A stretch of DNA of 63,764 bases, filler included, from Thelocarpon superellum (lineage: Eukaryota), in NCBI GenBank assembly GCA_026025795.1. It is 8 parts of 8 records of this genome, joined end to end, with 100 filler letters (N's around TTAATTAATTAA, not from the genome) between each part and the next. Parts side by side here need not be neighbours in the genome. Positions count along the whole stretch, not along the records: positions 1 to 8,039 come from JAPEUG010000613.1; positions 8,140 to 16,126 come from JAPEUG010000614.1; 6 more parts are not named here. One strand, written 5' to 3'. A program made the translations under genes and the position numbers. This document shows positions 1 to 11,735 of this stretch, piece after piece (the first letter of the stretch is position 1; the number at the start of each line of letters is the position of its first letter). The notes beneath the pieces were generated by a model. The model was given only the letters and a program-made list of their open reading frames with translations. It searched no databases and was not told where the DNA came from.

Positions 1-512
1 GGACCAGAATCGGGATCTGTACAGGGCCGGTTAAGAGGTGGGAACAAGGAGAGGCTTACTGTAGGAATCGGGCACAGGACCAGCGCGCCACGCTAGCCAA
101 AGGACACAGCCTCCTTGAAGGAGGCGTCGACATGAGTATTCGTCATCCCCGTACCCGGGTACGGTATGAAGCACTTCTCGCCCAGCTTCATGCTCTCTGC
201 GCACTCGCTTCCCTTCTCTCCACTGGCAGCCTAGCATGTGTACGGGGAGCCCGTGGCGATAGAGGTACGGAGGACTTGTACGTACGAAGAACTTCATATT
301 CAATTCGGCAAACGCACCAAGTCAGGACCAAGGAAGCACGAGTACGAGGACGAGTGATTTGCACAAGGATCAATGCCACGGTGTAAACACCGAAAAGGCC
401 GACTAACGCCGGACTTGCAACAGATGCTCCCGTCTCGTAAATACCCCGCCCTGGGACACAATCACGTCCATGTTTACCACTCCACCGCCAACATCCACGG
501 ATCAAATCCACC

Positions 513-1250
513 ATGGCGGCGTCAGACCAGACCATCGTGCTCGTAAGCGGAGGCAACCAAGGAATCGGGCTCGAGACATGCAAGAAGCTCGCCGTGGAGA
601 ACCCCACCTACCACGTCCTCATGGGCAGCCGGGTCATCTCCAACGCCGAGACGGCCATCTCCGCCCTCCCTCCCTCCGTCTCCTCCTCCGTCTCCCCCAT
701 CCAGCTAGACGTCACCTCTGACAAGTCCATCGCTGCCTGCCACGCCGCCATCTCACGCACCTACGGGCGTCTGGACGTCCTCGTCAACAATGCCGGCACT
801 GCGGGGCGTCACCTGCCCGCGGGCTACGACTCGCCGCGGCGGCAGCTGTGGGACGAGGTGTTGAGCATCAACGTGACGTCGGCGGCGCTGCTGACGGAGG
901 CCATGGTGCCGTTGCTGGAGAAAGCCCAGGTGCCGCGGGTCGTGTTTGTCTCGTCGCGTCTGGGCAGTCTGAAGCATACGCTGGCGAGTGAGACGCGGCT
1001 CGTGGAGCTACCGTGGTACAATACCTCCAAGACCGCCTTGAACATGGTGATGGCGTTCTACGCGAAGAAGTACGGCGAGCAAGGGTGGAAGATAAACGCG
1101 GTGAATCCGGGTTATTTTCCTACTAATCTCAACGGTGGTGTGGGCCCGCCGCCGACCGAGGGCGCGATACAGGCTTGCCGGATGGCGACGCTGGGGAAGG
1201 ATGGGCCCACGGGTACTTATTCTGATAAGGACGGACCAGTGGATTGGTGA
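513..1250 (+). CDS. Short-chain dehydrogenase/reductase (carbonyl reductase-like), single exon, 245 aa
   Basis: SGGNQGIG Rossmann motif, LDVT, NNAG, YNTSK catalytic YxxxK, NAVNPG. Confidence 0.93.
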   Translation: MAASDQTIVLVSGGNQGIGLETCKKLAVENPTYHVLMGSRVISNAETAISALPPSVSSSVSPIQLDVTSDKSIAACHAAISRTYGRLDVLVNNAGTAGRHLPAGYDSPRRQLWDEVLSINVTSAALLTEAMVPLLEKAQVPRVVFVSSRLGSLKHTLASETRLVELPWYNTSKTALNMVMAFYAKKYGEQGWKINAVNPGYFPTNLNGGVGPPPTEGAIQACRMATLGKDGPTGTYSDKDGPVDW

Positions 1251-1331
1251 TACTCACTTGTTGCAATTCCCTGCTCTAGTCTAACCAGACGCCCCTATAT
1301 GCCGATATGCATGTATGAGTGACCCTGATCA

Positions 1332-3147
1332 TCACACCGACCCCTGGCTCCACTTGGAAGCGCCCCGGATGCGACGGCCCTGTGCATACAGAATAAAAGG
1401 GATGGGTATCAAGGCGACGGCAAAGAAGCCAAGCACGCTCTGGGCCCAGCTGATCCCCAGCGCGTGATACACTGTCCACCTTGTCAGGACGAGACGATGG
1501 GAGGCTGGAGCGGACAAAGTACTCACTTTGATTAACGAACAAGGGAAACACTCCCGCAAAGATACTCCGCAGAAAGGTATTGGCTGCGATGGCGCTGGCC
1601 GAGTATTTGGTGAAGGTGTCGATGAGGTAGTTCAGCGCGGCTTGGAAGATGGTGAAGAAGCCAAATCCCATCAGCACGGCGCCAATCACCGGGCCGATCC
1701 AAGGGAGGCTCTTGTCCGAGGTCCAGCCAAAGATGAAAAGACCCGCGGGGAAGGCGACGGATCCAAACATCATCGGAGGAAGACGTGCCTCGGGCACAGG
1801 TCGATTGTTGTTGGCTTCGAATCGCTTGATGAAGAAGGCGTTGTTGTAAATGTTGAGCGCCGCTGCGAAAAGGATCCCAACCAGCAGGGCTAAGAAGGGC
1901 AGGGCACCAATGACCATGTTCCAGCCTCGCTCCTCTTGAAATTCAATCGGAAACGCGGCCAAGTTCAGGTATAAGATGCCGTAGCAAAAGGAGGCGTACA
2001 GGGCGACAAAGAAGCAGATGGGAGTCATCAGGAGCTGTTCAAAGGTCAACGTCTGTCACCTGGACCGAACTTGGCCCGCGTACCTGGAACGGTCTGACGA
2101 GATACTTGTGTGCCATCTCCTCAAACCCCACATCCCATTCTTCGTGCTTGGCGTGAAGTGCCCAATTGCCCGTTTCGTGACGGAGTCGCCGGGCCTTCAT
2201 CACGAGCAAGGCAGGAGGATAGCTCTCGTCGAGGATGCAGACGTCGAGGATCAGGAAGAAGATCATCAAGATGCCCGTGAGCTGGACGTGTCAGTGGAAT
2301 GGGAGACGGTGTCGACGTGATGACACATACATATTCCGTCCATCGCCAGCGAAGATAGCTCTGCACGACGGCACCACCGACGATGGGTCCCAAGACTGGA
2401 CCACCCACCACCGCCATGGCATAGCCGACAATGGCCGCACCACGTTCCTGCGGCGCCCAGATATCGGCCAAAACCCCGCCCGTGTTGGTGACGGGAGCCG
2501 ATCCGAAGAGACCGGCAAAGAATCGGGTGATGAGGACCGTCTGGATGTCTTTGGCCGTCGCCGTGCCAAAGGAGAAGACGGCGGCGAGGAAATATGGCAT
2601 CAAGACGGCAGGCTTGCGGCCGTAGATCTCAGAGAGCGGGGCCCATAGCATGGGACCGAGTCCAAAGCCAAACAATAGCAGCGAAATACCCAAGATGGAG
2701 ACTTCGGTACTGACGTTGAAATCGCCTGCAATCTGATAGATGCCCGGACTGTAGACAGCGCTGGCCCACGTCGCGCCCATGGTGGTGAAGCCATAGAGTG
2801 TCGTGGTGATGAGTTTCTTTCGAAAGGGCCAGTTAAGCGGTCTGCCAGTCTATGTCAGCACCAAGATGTCCTCACCACCTTCTTGACCCCGTCTACGATT
2901 CCAGCAAGACTCACAGGTAAGGATCATCCGGTCCGTCAAAGTCGACGAGAAACTCCGGTTCGGTCTTGACGTGACTGAGCCGATGGGAGAATGGACCTGG
3001 ATGTCTCCCTGTCACGACGCGTGACAGATGACTTAGCTGGCGAGCGGCGGGGACGCCGGTGTCGGAAGGGGTCGAGGAGTCCTCGCCATTGAGCTTCTCG
3101 TGCAGCGATCCATTGCCACCGTCGGTTCCGGTGCTTTTCGCTTCCAT
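1332..3147 (-). CDS. MFS drug/polyamine:H+ antiporter (DHA1, Tpo1/Flr1-like), 5 exons
   Basis: Spliced reading VDFDGPDDPYLPLNWPFRKK, PMLWAPLSEIYGRK, WRWTEY, PEARLPPMM, YLIDTFTKYSASAIAANTFLRS. GT-AG introns near 2914-2842, 2333-2283, 2082-2034 and 1526-1472. Confidence 0.9.
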
Positions 3148-3673
3148 TATATGGGGAGCGGACGAGGAATGGAATCTCCGGGTGCAAATGGATGACAGAG
3201 CTAGTCATATCCACGGCGGACTGACGACTGCTTTATGGCTGAAGAAGAGAGGGCCGATGAGCGACGCCGCTCTTCCGATGTCCTCCTCTACTCGACATAC
3301 GACTCCCGTACTAACTACGATAGTGTCAAAGCTGCGAGCAGCCTGGAAGAGTCGGCACGTCACAAAGCTTGAATTCGACTGCGTCATCCGCCGTCTGTAC
3401 CGAAAGTTTAATAACCTAGTTGGGAATGGGTCGCTGCTTATCTGATGCTGCACCACTCTCTCCCACTTACGCTCTCTCGTCTCCCGTATGAGTAGCATTC
3501 CAAAGAAGAAAAGAGTACGTGACCGGGCGTTAACTATTGGTCTAGGCGAAGCGCCTATTGGAGTAGTCACGGAGAATCGACCGAAATCCAAAATCCATCG
3601 AGAATTTCTCATCAGAATGCCTCGCCGCTGGACCACGAACTAGCCTTTGTCGAAGGCGTGCAAGATCGTCGAC

Positions 3674-5738
3674 ATGGGCAAGAAACGAAAGTTGTCTGGC
3701 CCCGTAGTCAAAGGGTCGGGTCCACGGGAATACAACGCAAGAGATTCCAAGTTGGGACCGATCACGACCTATGAGGACGTGGCAGATTCTGAAGACGAGT
3801 TTCTCATCAATCGCGACAAGATCTTGTTAGACGAAGGACCGGCGGAGAAAAGAAGACGACAGTGGCGAGAAGAGGGTGGGCAATTCTACAAGGCTTCATC
3901 AACGCCATGAGACTGATATCCTCGCAGAAGAAGCCTTGGAACCCTCGGACGTCGAAGTCTTAGGTCGTTCGGACGAAAGCTCGGATGACGAGGGAGAAGC
4001 AGAGGATGATTTGCCACCGGTCAAAGCAGCTTCACTAGATCGCAGTCATCGCCGCGAGAGCTCGGAAGCCCCGGAAGCGGAAGATGGGGAAGAAGTGTAC
4101 GGTGGATGGGGCTCGTCCAGGAAAGATTACTATGATGCCGATCCGATCGAGACCGAGGCCGACGCATTGGCTGAAGAGGCCGAAGCCAGGCGGTTGCAGC
4201 AGAAACGGCTACAAGCCATGTCAGAGGCAGACTTTACCTTTGATGAAGATGCCTGGCGCGACAACGGTGCGGACAAGCTGGACGAGGGGGTGGACAGTAG
4301 CGACGATGCGGCCGTGGTGACGGAAGTTCTACCAGAGCTGGAGATTGAGGAGTCCATGGGGGTACAAGAGCGGCTCAACATTTTGAAGCGCCGATACCCC
4401 GAGTTTGAGTATCTGGCCACGGAGTTTATGGATCTGCAGGCGCTACAACCAGACCTTTCCCACTTTGCGAAGCGAAGCCAGAAGGAAACTGATCCCGCCA
4501 GCGGATATACATATTCCGCCGCGACGCTCAAATACCAAGCACTCACCGCCTACCTGGGCGCGTTGACCATGTATTTTTCGCTCCTCACATCACCGGCACA
4601 AACCAGCCAGGGCACAGCGGTCGCCATGTCTGCATCCGAGCTTCGTGAGCACAGCGTGATGGACAGTCTGGTCCGATGCAGAGGATTATGGCAAAAGACA
4701 AAAGAACTCCGAGTGGACGATCCGGTGGAGCTGATCACAATCCATGACTCGACCCGTCCGCCCCAAGCAGTGAAAGCCGAGCATGACACACGGTTGACGA
4801 GCAATGGCCGCGGACACGGCGAGACGCAATCATTGACGCCATCCCTCAAGAAAGCCAAAACGAGCAAGAAGCAACGAGCAGTGGAAGCGGCACAGGCCGA
4901 AGCCGAAGCACGACGAACGCAACGCATTCGAGAGACGGAGCAAGAGCTCCTCGGGCTATCGAACCTCGCCGACCAATCCAAGGCCCTCTCCACCCGCCGA
5001 ACCACGGCCAAAGCACATTCTCTGAACAACAACCTCTCCGAATTTGGCGAAGAAACCGCTCTCAAGCCGCACGACTTGGCCGAAAAGGCACGCAAGAAGA
5101 AGACACTGCGATTCTACACCTCGCAAATCGCACAGAAGTCAAACCGACGCGATCAGGCAGGCAAAGACGCCGGCGGCGACGCGGACCTGCCGTATCGCGA
5201 GCGGCTGCAAGACCGCCAGGCGCGCTTGAACGCCGAGGCGGAAAAGCGGGGGCAGAAGGGCCGGCATGCCGACGCCTCCGCCAACGGGGACCGCACACGC
5301 GACCTCGACGACGCAGACAGCGACGACAACGACCGGCAGACTGCACTCGCCCTCCGAGCAGGTGTAGACGCCGATAGCGATCTGGAATACTACGACCTAG
5401 TAGCGCGTGGGACGCAACGACGCAAGGCCGCCGCCGCAGCCGAACGCTCCGCCAACGCCGCCACCACCACCCTAGTGGCGCCGCGCGCAACCGAGGAAGA
5501 GACAACGGAAGGAGGCAAACGTGCGATCGGGTACCAGATCGCAAAGAACAAGGGGTTGGCGCCGAAGCGAAAGAAAGAAGTGCGCAATCCGCGCGTCAAG
5601 AAACGGCTCAAGTTCGAGGAGAAGAAGAAGAAGCTAGGGAGCGTGCGCCAGCTTTATCGTGGTGGAGAGGGCAGAGGGGGCTATGGTGGTGAGGCCACGG
5701 GAATCAAGACCGGGTTGGTCAAGAGTGTCAGGTTGTAG
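3674..5738 (+). CDS. SAS10: SSU processome subunit Sas10/Utp3, 2 exons
   Basis: Starts MGKKRK, intron ~3876-3927, acidic N-terminus, LRFYTSQIAQK, GGDADLPYRER, and the Sas10 C-terminal domain KRAIGYQIAKNKGLAPKRKKEVRNPRVKKR...YGGEATGIKTGLVKSVRL. Confidence 0.93.
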
Positions 5739-5865
5739 GTGGATTACACTTCACTTCTGCTGCTTGCATAGCAGAGCAGAGCACACGTAGCATACAGAGC
5801 TCGGCAGGTCTCGTCTTACGGCAAAGGTAGGAGAGAGAACTACGCTTGGAGAAGACATCGCATCG

Positions 5866-7758
5866 TCACCGCTCGCCCTCGCTCGATGCCCTGATTCGTT
5901 TGCGCCCGCCGCCCGTCGATTCCTTCATCGTGTGTCCTGGATTCATGTCCAGTGGTTTCCGGCGACGCACGAGCTGGTAGCCGCGATCGAGCTCGACTTC
6001 GATGGCGCAGCGGACCTTCAAGACGCCAACGGCAGGCCAGACGCTACGCTCGCCGCGGAGGATCCAGTAGTCGAGGCTCTCGCGAGTCGGCGTCTCGAGG
6101 AGGCGGCAGAAGTCCATGGGCGTCAGCTCGGGCACCGAGGTGAGGCTGGCGCCAGGGAGGGTGTCGTCGATGAGGAAGCGGCGGATGGCAAGGGGAAGGA
6201 GGCCGAGCGCGTCGAGTTGGCTGAGCCGGTGGTGGATCTCCATGGAGATGAGCCGGAGCAGGGGCATCGTCAGGTTCCAGCGGCTGTTGGGACCTGGGCT
6301 GGACCGATGCATGTCGGAGCGGAGGAAGGGGGCGAGGTATGGGCGTGCATGCGACACGATGAAGTGGTTCACATTGAAGAGCTCGGCGATGCGGGGAAGG
6401 GGCGAGTCGCGCTCCGTGTGACTGCTGTGGGTCCACGGGTTGAAGACGATTTCCTTGCCAGCCGCCCATGGCACCACCACGCCCGTCTCGTCTTTGCAGT
6501 AGAGAGTGACGGGTGAGTGGAGGGCGGACGATGAGGCGTTGGATGCCACGGCCGCAGACCAAATGAGCTGTCGTGGGTTAGCGTGATGATCCAGCTGCAT
6601 TGGAAACCATGCACCGTCTTACCACGTTGGGCGCCGTCAGATAGTTCAGCAGGTTGGGCAGGCCTCCACGACCCGTCGTCGACACGGTGATGTTCAACAC
6701 CCGCTTCGTGCGATTGTAAGCTTCCTCAAACGTCAAGTCTCCTACATTCGCCCGCATGCAGTCTTCCAAGACGTGGACATCAAGGAAAAGGCCGTTGCGG
6801 AGAATGGAGATGACTCGTTGCTTGAGTGCCTCCCATGGGCCCGAGGTGCTGCCGCCATGCCCATTGAGCTTCCATTCCGCCCCTTTCTTCCCATTCTGCG
6901 GCGCGGCAAAGGCCGCGAGGTCAAACGTCTCGCCGGTCAAAAAGCCAAGTAGCTCTTCTTCCGTATGAATACCGACCAGGGCCGCGATCAAGGCGCCCGT
7001 GCCAGTACCGGTGATGATGCGGGGGAGCAGGCCTCGGAGATGGAGGGCCTTCACCACGCCCAGATGGCACAGTCCGAAGATGGCCCCCCCGCGCAACACC
7101 AGCGTGGATCGGCCAAATGCCTGGCGCGTGTCATGGAGAAGATCGAGCTTGGCCTGCATAGTGAAGCCATGATCGCTGGTCGCACTGGTGGGAAAGGCAG
7201 TGACATGCTCAATGGCCAGGGCCACCTGCGTGACGTAATCTTCGATCAGGAGCTTCGTCCCCGCATAGGCTCGATTGTAAAGCCGCGGCGAAGAAATGTC
7301 TCCCAGGTTCCGGACCAGGCCCGAGCGGAGTAGGTTGACCAGGCCTAATAGATCTTGGTCCTCCCATGCCTCGATGATGGCCTGAAGACGTTCGTAGATG
7401 AGTCGGTAGTCGTAATGTTTGCTGGTCGGATTCTGACGCCTAGCTGATAGTGAGCCGAAGACCAGCTTCTGACCTGGACTCCTCACTGCTCACCATAGAT
7501 CATTGCCCAAGACGGCGTCTAAATGAAGCGCGGCGTCCTCGTATTCTTCGTACGTCTTGGCTTCCGCCAGCCGGTCCAGCCAGACGTCGCGGGGCTTCTT
7601 CTGCATCCACCATGTCGAGATTCTCTACAAACGCCCACGTTAGTGCATGGCCGCTGATGTAAAGACAAGCAACCCACGTTACGCCAGAAGAGTGCAACAT
7701 CGATGAAGACACTCCAGATGGATAAGATCGGTCCCGGAATGGTGCAATTCTCCAGCAT
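5866..7758 (-). CDS. TGL3: Tgl3-like patatin-domain triacylglycerol lipase homologue (DUF3336 + patatin), 4 exons; catalytic motifs degenerate
   Basis: Spliced N-terminus ...DVALFW...AKTYEEYEDAALHLDAVLGNDLWRQNPTSKHYDYRLI, LLRSGLVRNLG, GGAIFGLCHLGVVKAL, LTFEEAYNRTKRVLNIT, ELFNVNHFIVS. Confidence 0.85.
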
Positions 7759-8039
7759 TGCCTCGGTTCAGCTACGACGCCGACTTTCCAGACACGCCGG
7801 ACTGGAAAGAGCCCCGTGGAATCTCAATTTCAGTGGGAAGAGCATTACCAGAGTAATAGACGAGGAATGACATGGGACGCGTGCTCCGTAGTCTTGGACG
7901 GGTTCGATTGCTGAGGTGCAGCCTCTCCAGCCTCTCCAGCCTTTCCTTACGACAGGAGTACCAGCATTTCACATGTCAAGCAGCTACGGGCGCGGGGGTG
8001 TGCTTCTCTCCGAAGCTCGCCGGACGAGTACTCGTACTA

Positions 8040-8139
8040 NNNNNNNNNNNNNNNNNNNNNNNNNNNNNNNNNNNNNNNNNNNNTTAATTAATTAANNNNN
8101 NNNNNNNNNNNNNNNNNNNNNNNNNNNNNNNNNNNNNNN
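8040..8139. other. Artificial contig-joining spacer N44-TTAATTAATTAA-N44
   Basis: Identical 100-nt spacer with stop codons in all six frames; recurs seven times. Confidence 0.98.
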
Positions 8140-8527
8140 CCATGACAGACTCTGCATCTCACGAAACGAAGTCCTCGGACACTGTCTCAAGAATGCCCAA
8201 CTCTTCAAGGCTGGAGCATGTAGCATCAGGCGATCGATAGATTCGACAATGCTGCCGTCGTTTCTCGGCCACCTCCGCATCCAGTTTGTCCATGACACAT
8301 CGTGTTTCTGTCGACTCTTGTCTACTAAAGCAGCTACCATTCATGCGGCTAATTTTGCTTAAGGAGAGGGGGTCATGCGCATGAATATGCATGAAACAGG
8401 ACACAGATCTCACCATCAGGCGGAACTTGCGTGATTTTTGCATGCTAGCTCATTTGGGCGCGAATGAGATGCGCAGTTGGTCAGGCGTATGCTGGCACGA
8501 GAGAATGCTTAAACACAAACGAGGACG

Positions 8528-8620
8528 TGGAAGATCGATCATCCACTACTGGAAGATCTATCATCCACTTCTGGAAGATCTATCATCCACTTCTGGAAGA
8601 TCTATCATCCACCACTGGGA
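8528..8620 (+). repeat. Tandem repeat, 22-bp unit TGGAAGATCTATCATCCACTTC, ~4.2 copies
   Basis: Units start at 8528, 8550, 8572 and 8594, with 0-2 substitutions each. Confidence 0.92.
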
Positions 8621-8638
8621 CGGGAACGAACTTGCATC

Positions 8639-9550
8639 ATGGCGCACTTCTCCTTCAACTTGTTGGCGGCGACGGCGATGGTGGTGATGCCCCTGGCGGC
8701 GGCGACCAGCGCTAGTCTTGCACCCGAGGAGCTCGTGGATCCAATTTTTATCCAAGGCTCAGGGCCGGTGTACGCGCCGAAGTCGTTTGCATGGGGGGAC
8801 TTCTACCACCCCTTTGCGGCCCTCGACAACGGGCCATACTCGTGTCTCGTCACCACAGGCGGCCAAAAACGGTGCTTCCCGCTCGGATGCCATCACCTCC
8901 CGTCCAATCAATCCGATTTCGACTACGGCCAGGTCGAGCGCATCGATATTCCGCATGGCATGCATGTCAAAGTCGTGGCGGCTGACTACAGGGCTTCGTA
9001 CACGACGGTGTCGCAGACGCGCGAGTCCAACCTGACCTTTTTCGAAGAGTATGATGCCATTCTGACGCATCTGCGACCAAATATCTGCTTCTACATTTTC
9101 GAGGGAGTACCTGACCCGCCCGCGGTGTGCCTGTACAGCGGCTACCCCTCGGTCTTGGAAAGTGAATACGATCCAAATTCCGCGTACGACTTGAACTTCA
9201 CGTGGAGCGAGTGCTTCAACAATGGATCAGGCGCCTTACCCGCACTCCCGCCAGCCCCCTCCGGCCGAAAGATGTACACAATTCTGAGCCCACGGGCTGG
9301 CGTGAGTTTGGCTGTGCGCCTTGCACCGGGCCCTGGCAATCTGCCGCCGCAGAACACCACCACCTACCAGAACGCCACCTTTTACTGGATCTTGGACTCT
9401 TATCCGGCGCCCACCTTTGACCGCGCCATTGAAGAACTCGTCGTGTTCGAGCTCGGCACGCCCAACTCCACCGTCCAGGAGAGAGCGAGCATGTTGGAAA
9501 GGGATGGCGCTCCAATCTTGTGGGCCTCTGATAATCCTGGTCAGCTCTAG
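8639..9550 (+). CDS. Putative secreted protein of unknown function, 303 aa, single exon
   Basis: Signal-peptide-like MAHFSFNLLAATAMVVMPLAAA, several Cys and NxS/T sequons, coding-like codon usage. Confidence 0.7.
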   Translation: MAHFSFNLLAATAMVVMPLAAATSASLAPEELVDPIFIQGSGPVYAPKSFAWGDFYHPFAALDNGPYSCLVTTGGQKRCFPLGCHHLPSNQSDFDYGQVERIDIPHGMHVKVVAADYRASYTTVSQTRESNLTFFEEYDAILTHLRPNICFYIFEGVPDPPAVCLYSGYPSVLESEYDPNSAYDLNFTWSECFNNGSGALPALPPAPSGRKMYTILSPRAGVSLAVRLAPGPGNLPPQNTTTYQNATFYWILDSYPAPTFDRAIEELVVFELGTPNSTVQERASMLERDGAPILWASDNPGQL

Positions 9551-10072
9551 GCTCGGACGATTCGTTTGGTCGACGCAGGGATCGAGAGGCAGCGGCGCCT
9601 AGAGGGACGAGAGGGACTAGAGGGACAGGGTTGGGTCCACAGTCACAAGACAAAGGGTGGAGTCCTTGGACTTCCATTGTGCCAGTCCACCCGCTCACAG
9701 CGCCGAAGAGAGACGCCTAGCCCCGTCTCCTGGTCAGGCGTCGGCGCGTAGGAGCATTGAGGCAGCAACACGTGGGTCGATACCATGGTGACGCACCCGG
9801 GGCAGCGAGGCACGGTTATGGCGTTGCAGCAGCGTGGCTTAGGTTCCCCCAGCACAGTGCGTGGCTTGATTGATGACGATGTAGGAATCAGAGCTGAATT
9901 GCTAATCTACGCGTAGCCGGGATAGTAATAGGGGTGGGCACGTGACCTGGTCACGTGCGCGCTCCTACAACGAGCTATTTGGACTGGCTGCTCATGGCCT
10001 CAAGCAATCTAGCCCCACACCGAAGTAGCTACAGTACTACGACTACCTCTTGCACACTTGGAGAAGCACGCT

Positions 10073-11735
10073 TCATCTTACAACCCGACGCCACTCAGCC
10101 TCATCGTTCCGGTCTTTGCTGTCGACGATCAAAGACGGTGATGCCAGAAGTTGCTGGACTGGCGACGAAGCGTACAGCTGGGCGGATTTGGTAGTCATTG
10201 TCTTCTTGGCTCGGACATCATGATGCACGAGGGTGCCAAGACCTACTTTGCAGGCACGAATGCCACTCGGCGTTTTTCCGCCCCACCATTTGACGCACCC
10301 GCCACCTAGAATTCGCCGCGCGACCCGATCAGACAAGTAGCGTACCATGCGCACACCGAGGGTCGAGGTGCGACATGGAAGCCGCCCAAATCGTGGCCCT
10401 GAATCTTCCTCGTACGCTACAACCACCGCCATAGATTCCTGTTCGCTGGTTGATTGTTGGGCGGTGAGTAGGATGGGGGGGATTGGCGGATCCCTGGCCC
10501 GCGGCCGCTTGGGAAGTCGCGCCCTGGTCGGCCTCCCCTTCATTGTCCCTGTCGGCGTCTGAGGCCTCATCGTCGTCCGCATCGGTCGGGTGTGATGTCA
10601 AGCCGGGAGGTGGCCTGATAAAGCTGCCGAAATCCATTGTGCACTGAAACCGTCCGGCCGAGCGTCGTAGCCCCGTCCCATAAGGCATTTCTACGCGACG
10701 GTCGGAAACGTGGATAATTTCATCGATCGCGCGGACGAATGACCATACCCCCCAACGAGTCATCGTGCCGCCATGGAGGCCGAAGTGGAACCCCAGACTT
10801 CTCCCACCTGGAAGTGGTATGTCTGGTGAGAGGATGAAAGAGGCAGGTACAACGTCATCATTGTGAACGGGGAGTGTCAAATGGATCGCTTCTCGGACGT
10901 TGGCCCACGCCGTCCTGACAGCGTCGAACAGCTGGTCTCGAGGCAGACCGTTGGTGGGATGAGAAAGGCGCATTGTCCCGTACGACACGATCAGGTTGCG
11001 CAGACCACAACGTAAAACGTCCTACCCTACCTGCCGGGAATGGCATCTTTGACCCGTTGAAGCTGCCGACCACCTGACTAGAGAAGGCTCGACGTTGCCG
11101 AGGTTGTTGTAGTGAGGTCGTCAACCACGACCGCCGCGGTTTCGGCGAGGATCAACTCGGGAATGATCACCACCTCCAGGACGGAGTTCTGCTCTTGATC
11201 CGCCACAATCCCCACGGGTAGGGTCTGATAGCCCGGGATTTGCTGAGCATCGTTGAGAAGAATCTGGAGGTTGCTGGCGAAGTCCCTCCAAGTGATGGTC
11301 AAAGGCGTCGGTACGTTGAGAGATGGTCTGACGAAGAGACTGAGCCGGCGTGCAGACACATTGAATTGAGTACTTAGCTCCTCTGCCATAGTGTGGTTGG
11401 CCGCCTCTTCGATGGCCGCTTGAAGCGCTCGGCTGAGATTGTCGACACCAAAGTCGACCGCGATCAAAGACGTGTTTCCGTCTGCGATAGTGCCGTGGCT
11501 GTACGTGAGGAAGTACTGCGTTCCAGTGCTGTTTGCAGAAGTGGATGCGGCTCCAGCTGAGAAGGTCGTTGGCAGTGGACATGTGTACGGCCGGGCGTGT
11601 ACTGTCTGATTGACTGCCGTGTTAGTGCTTCATCAGAGCCATAGGTATCCCAGGTATGCTCACTAGGCACTTCACAACATCGACGTGCACTGCCAGCAGG
11701 GCGGAGATGGCAGCGACAACATTGGACCAGGGCAT
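10073..11735 (-). pseudogene. Orphan secreted-protein gene, probably disrupted or with an unresolved intron
   Basis: Exon 1 MPWSNVVAAISALLAVHVDVVKCL ends at a GTGAGC donor (11663) with a CTAAC branch site. Exon 2 is in frame with ORF 11078-11467, which ends at TAG. Coding-like sequence resumes in another frame (10988-10346) and may splice (10345-10306) to a stop at 10073. Confidence 0.4.

Noticed and set aside
8084..8095. Recurring TTAATTAATTAA palindrome as a biological repeat or piggyBac-type target
   Set aside because: Always centred in exactly 44+44 Ns; it is an assembly linker.
8528..8620. CRISPR-like array
   Set aside because: The units are directly abutting with no unique spacers, there are no cas genes, and the context is eukaryotic.
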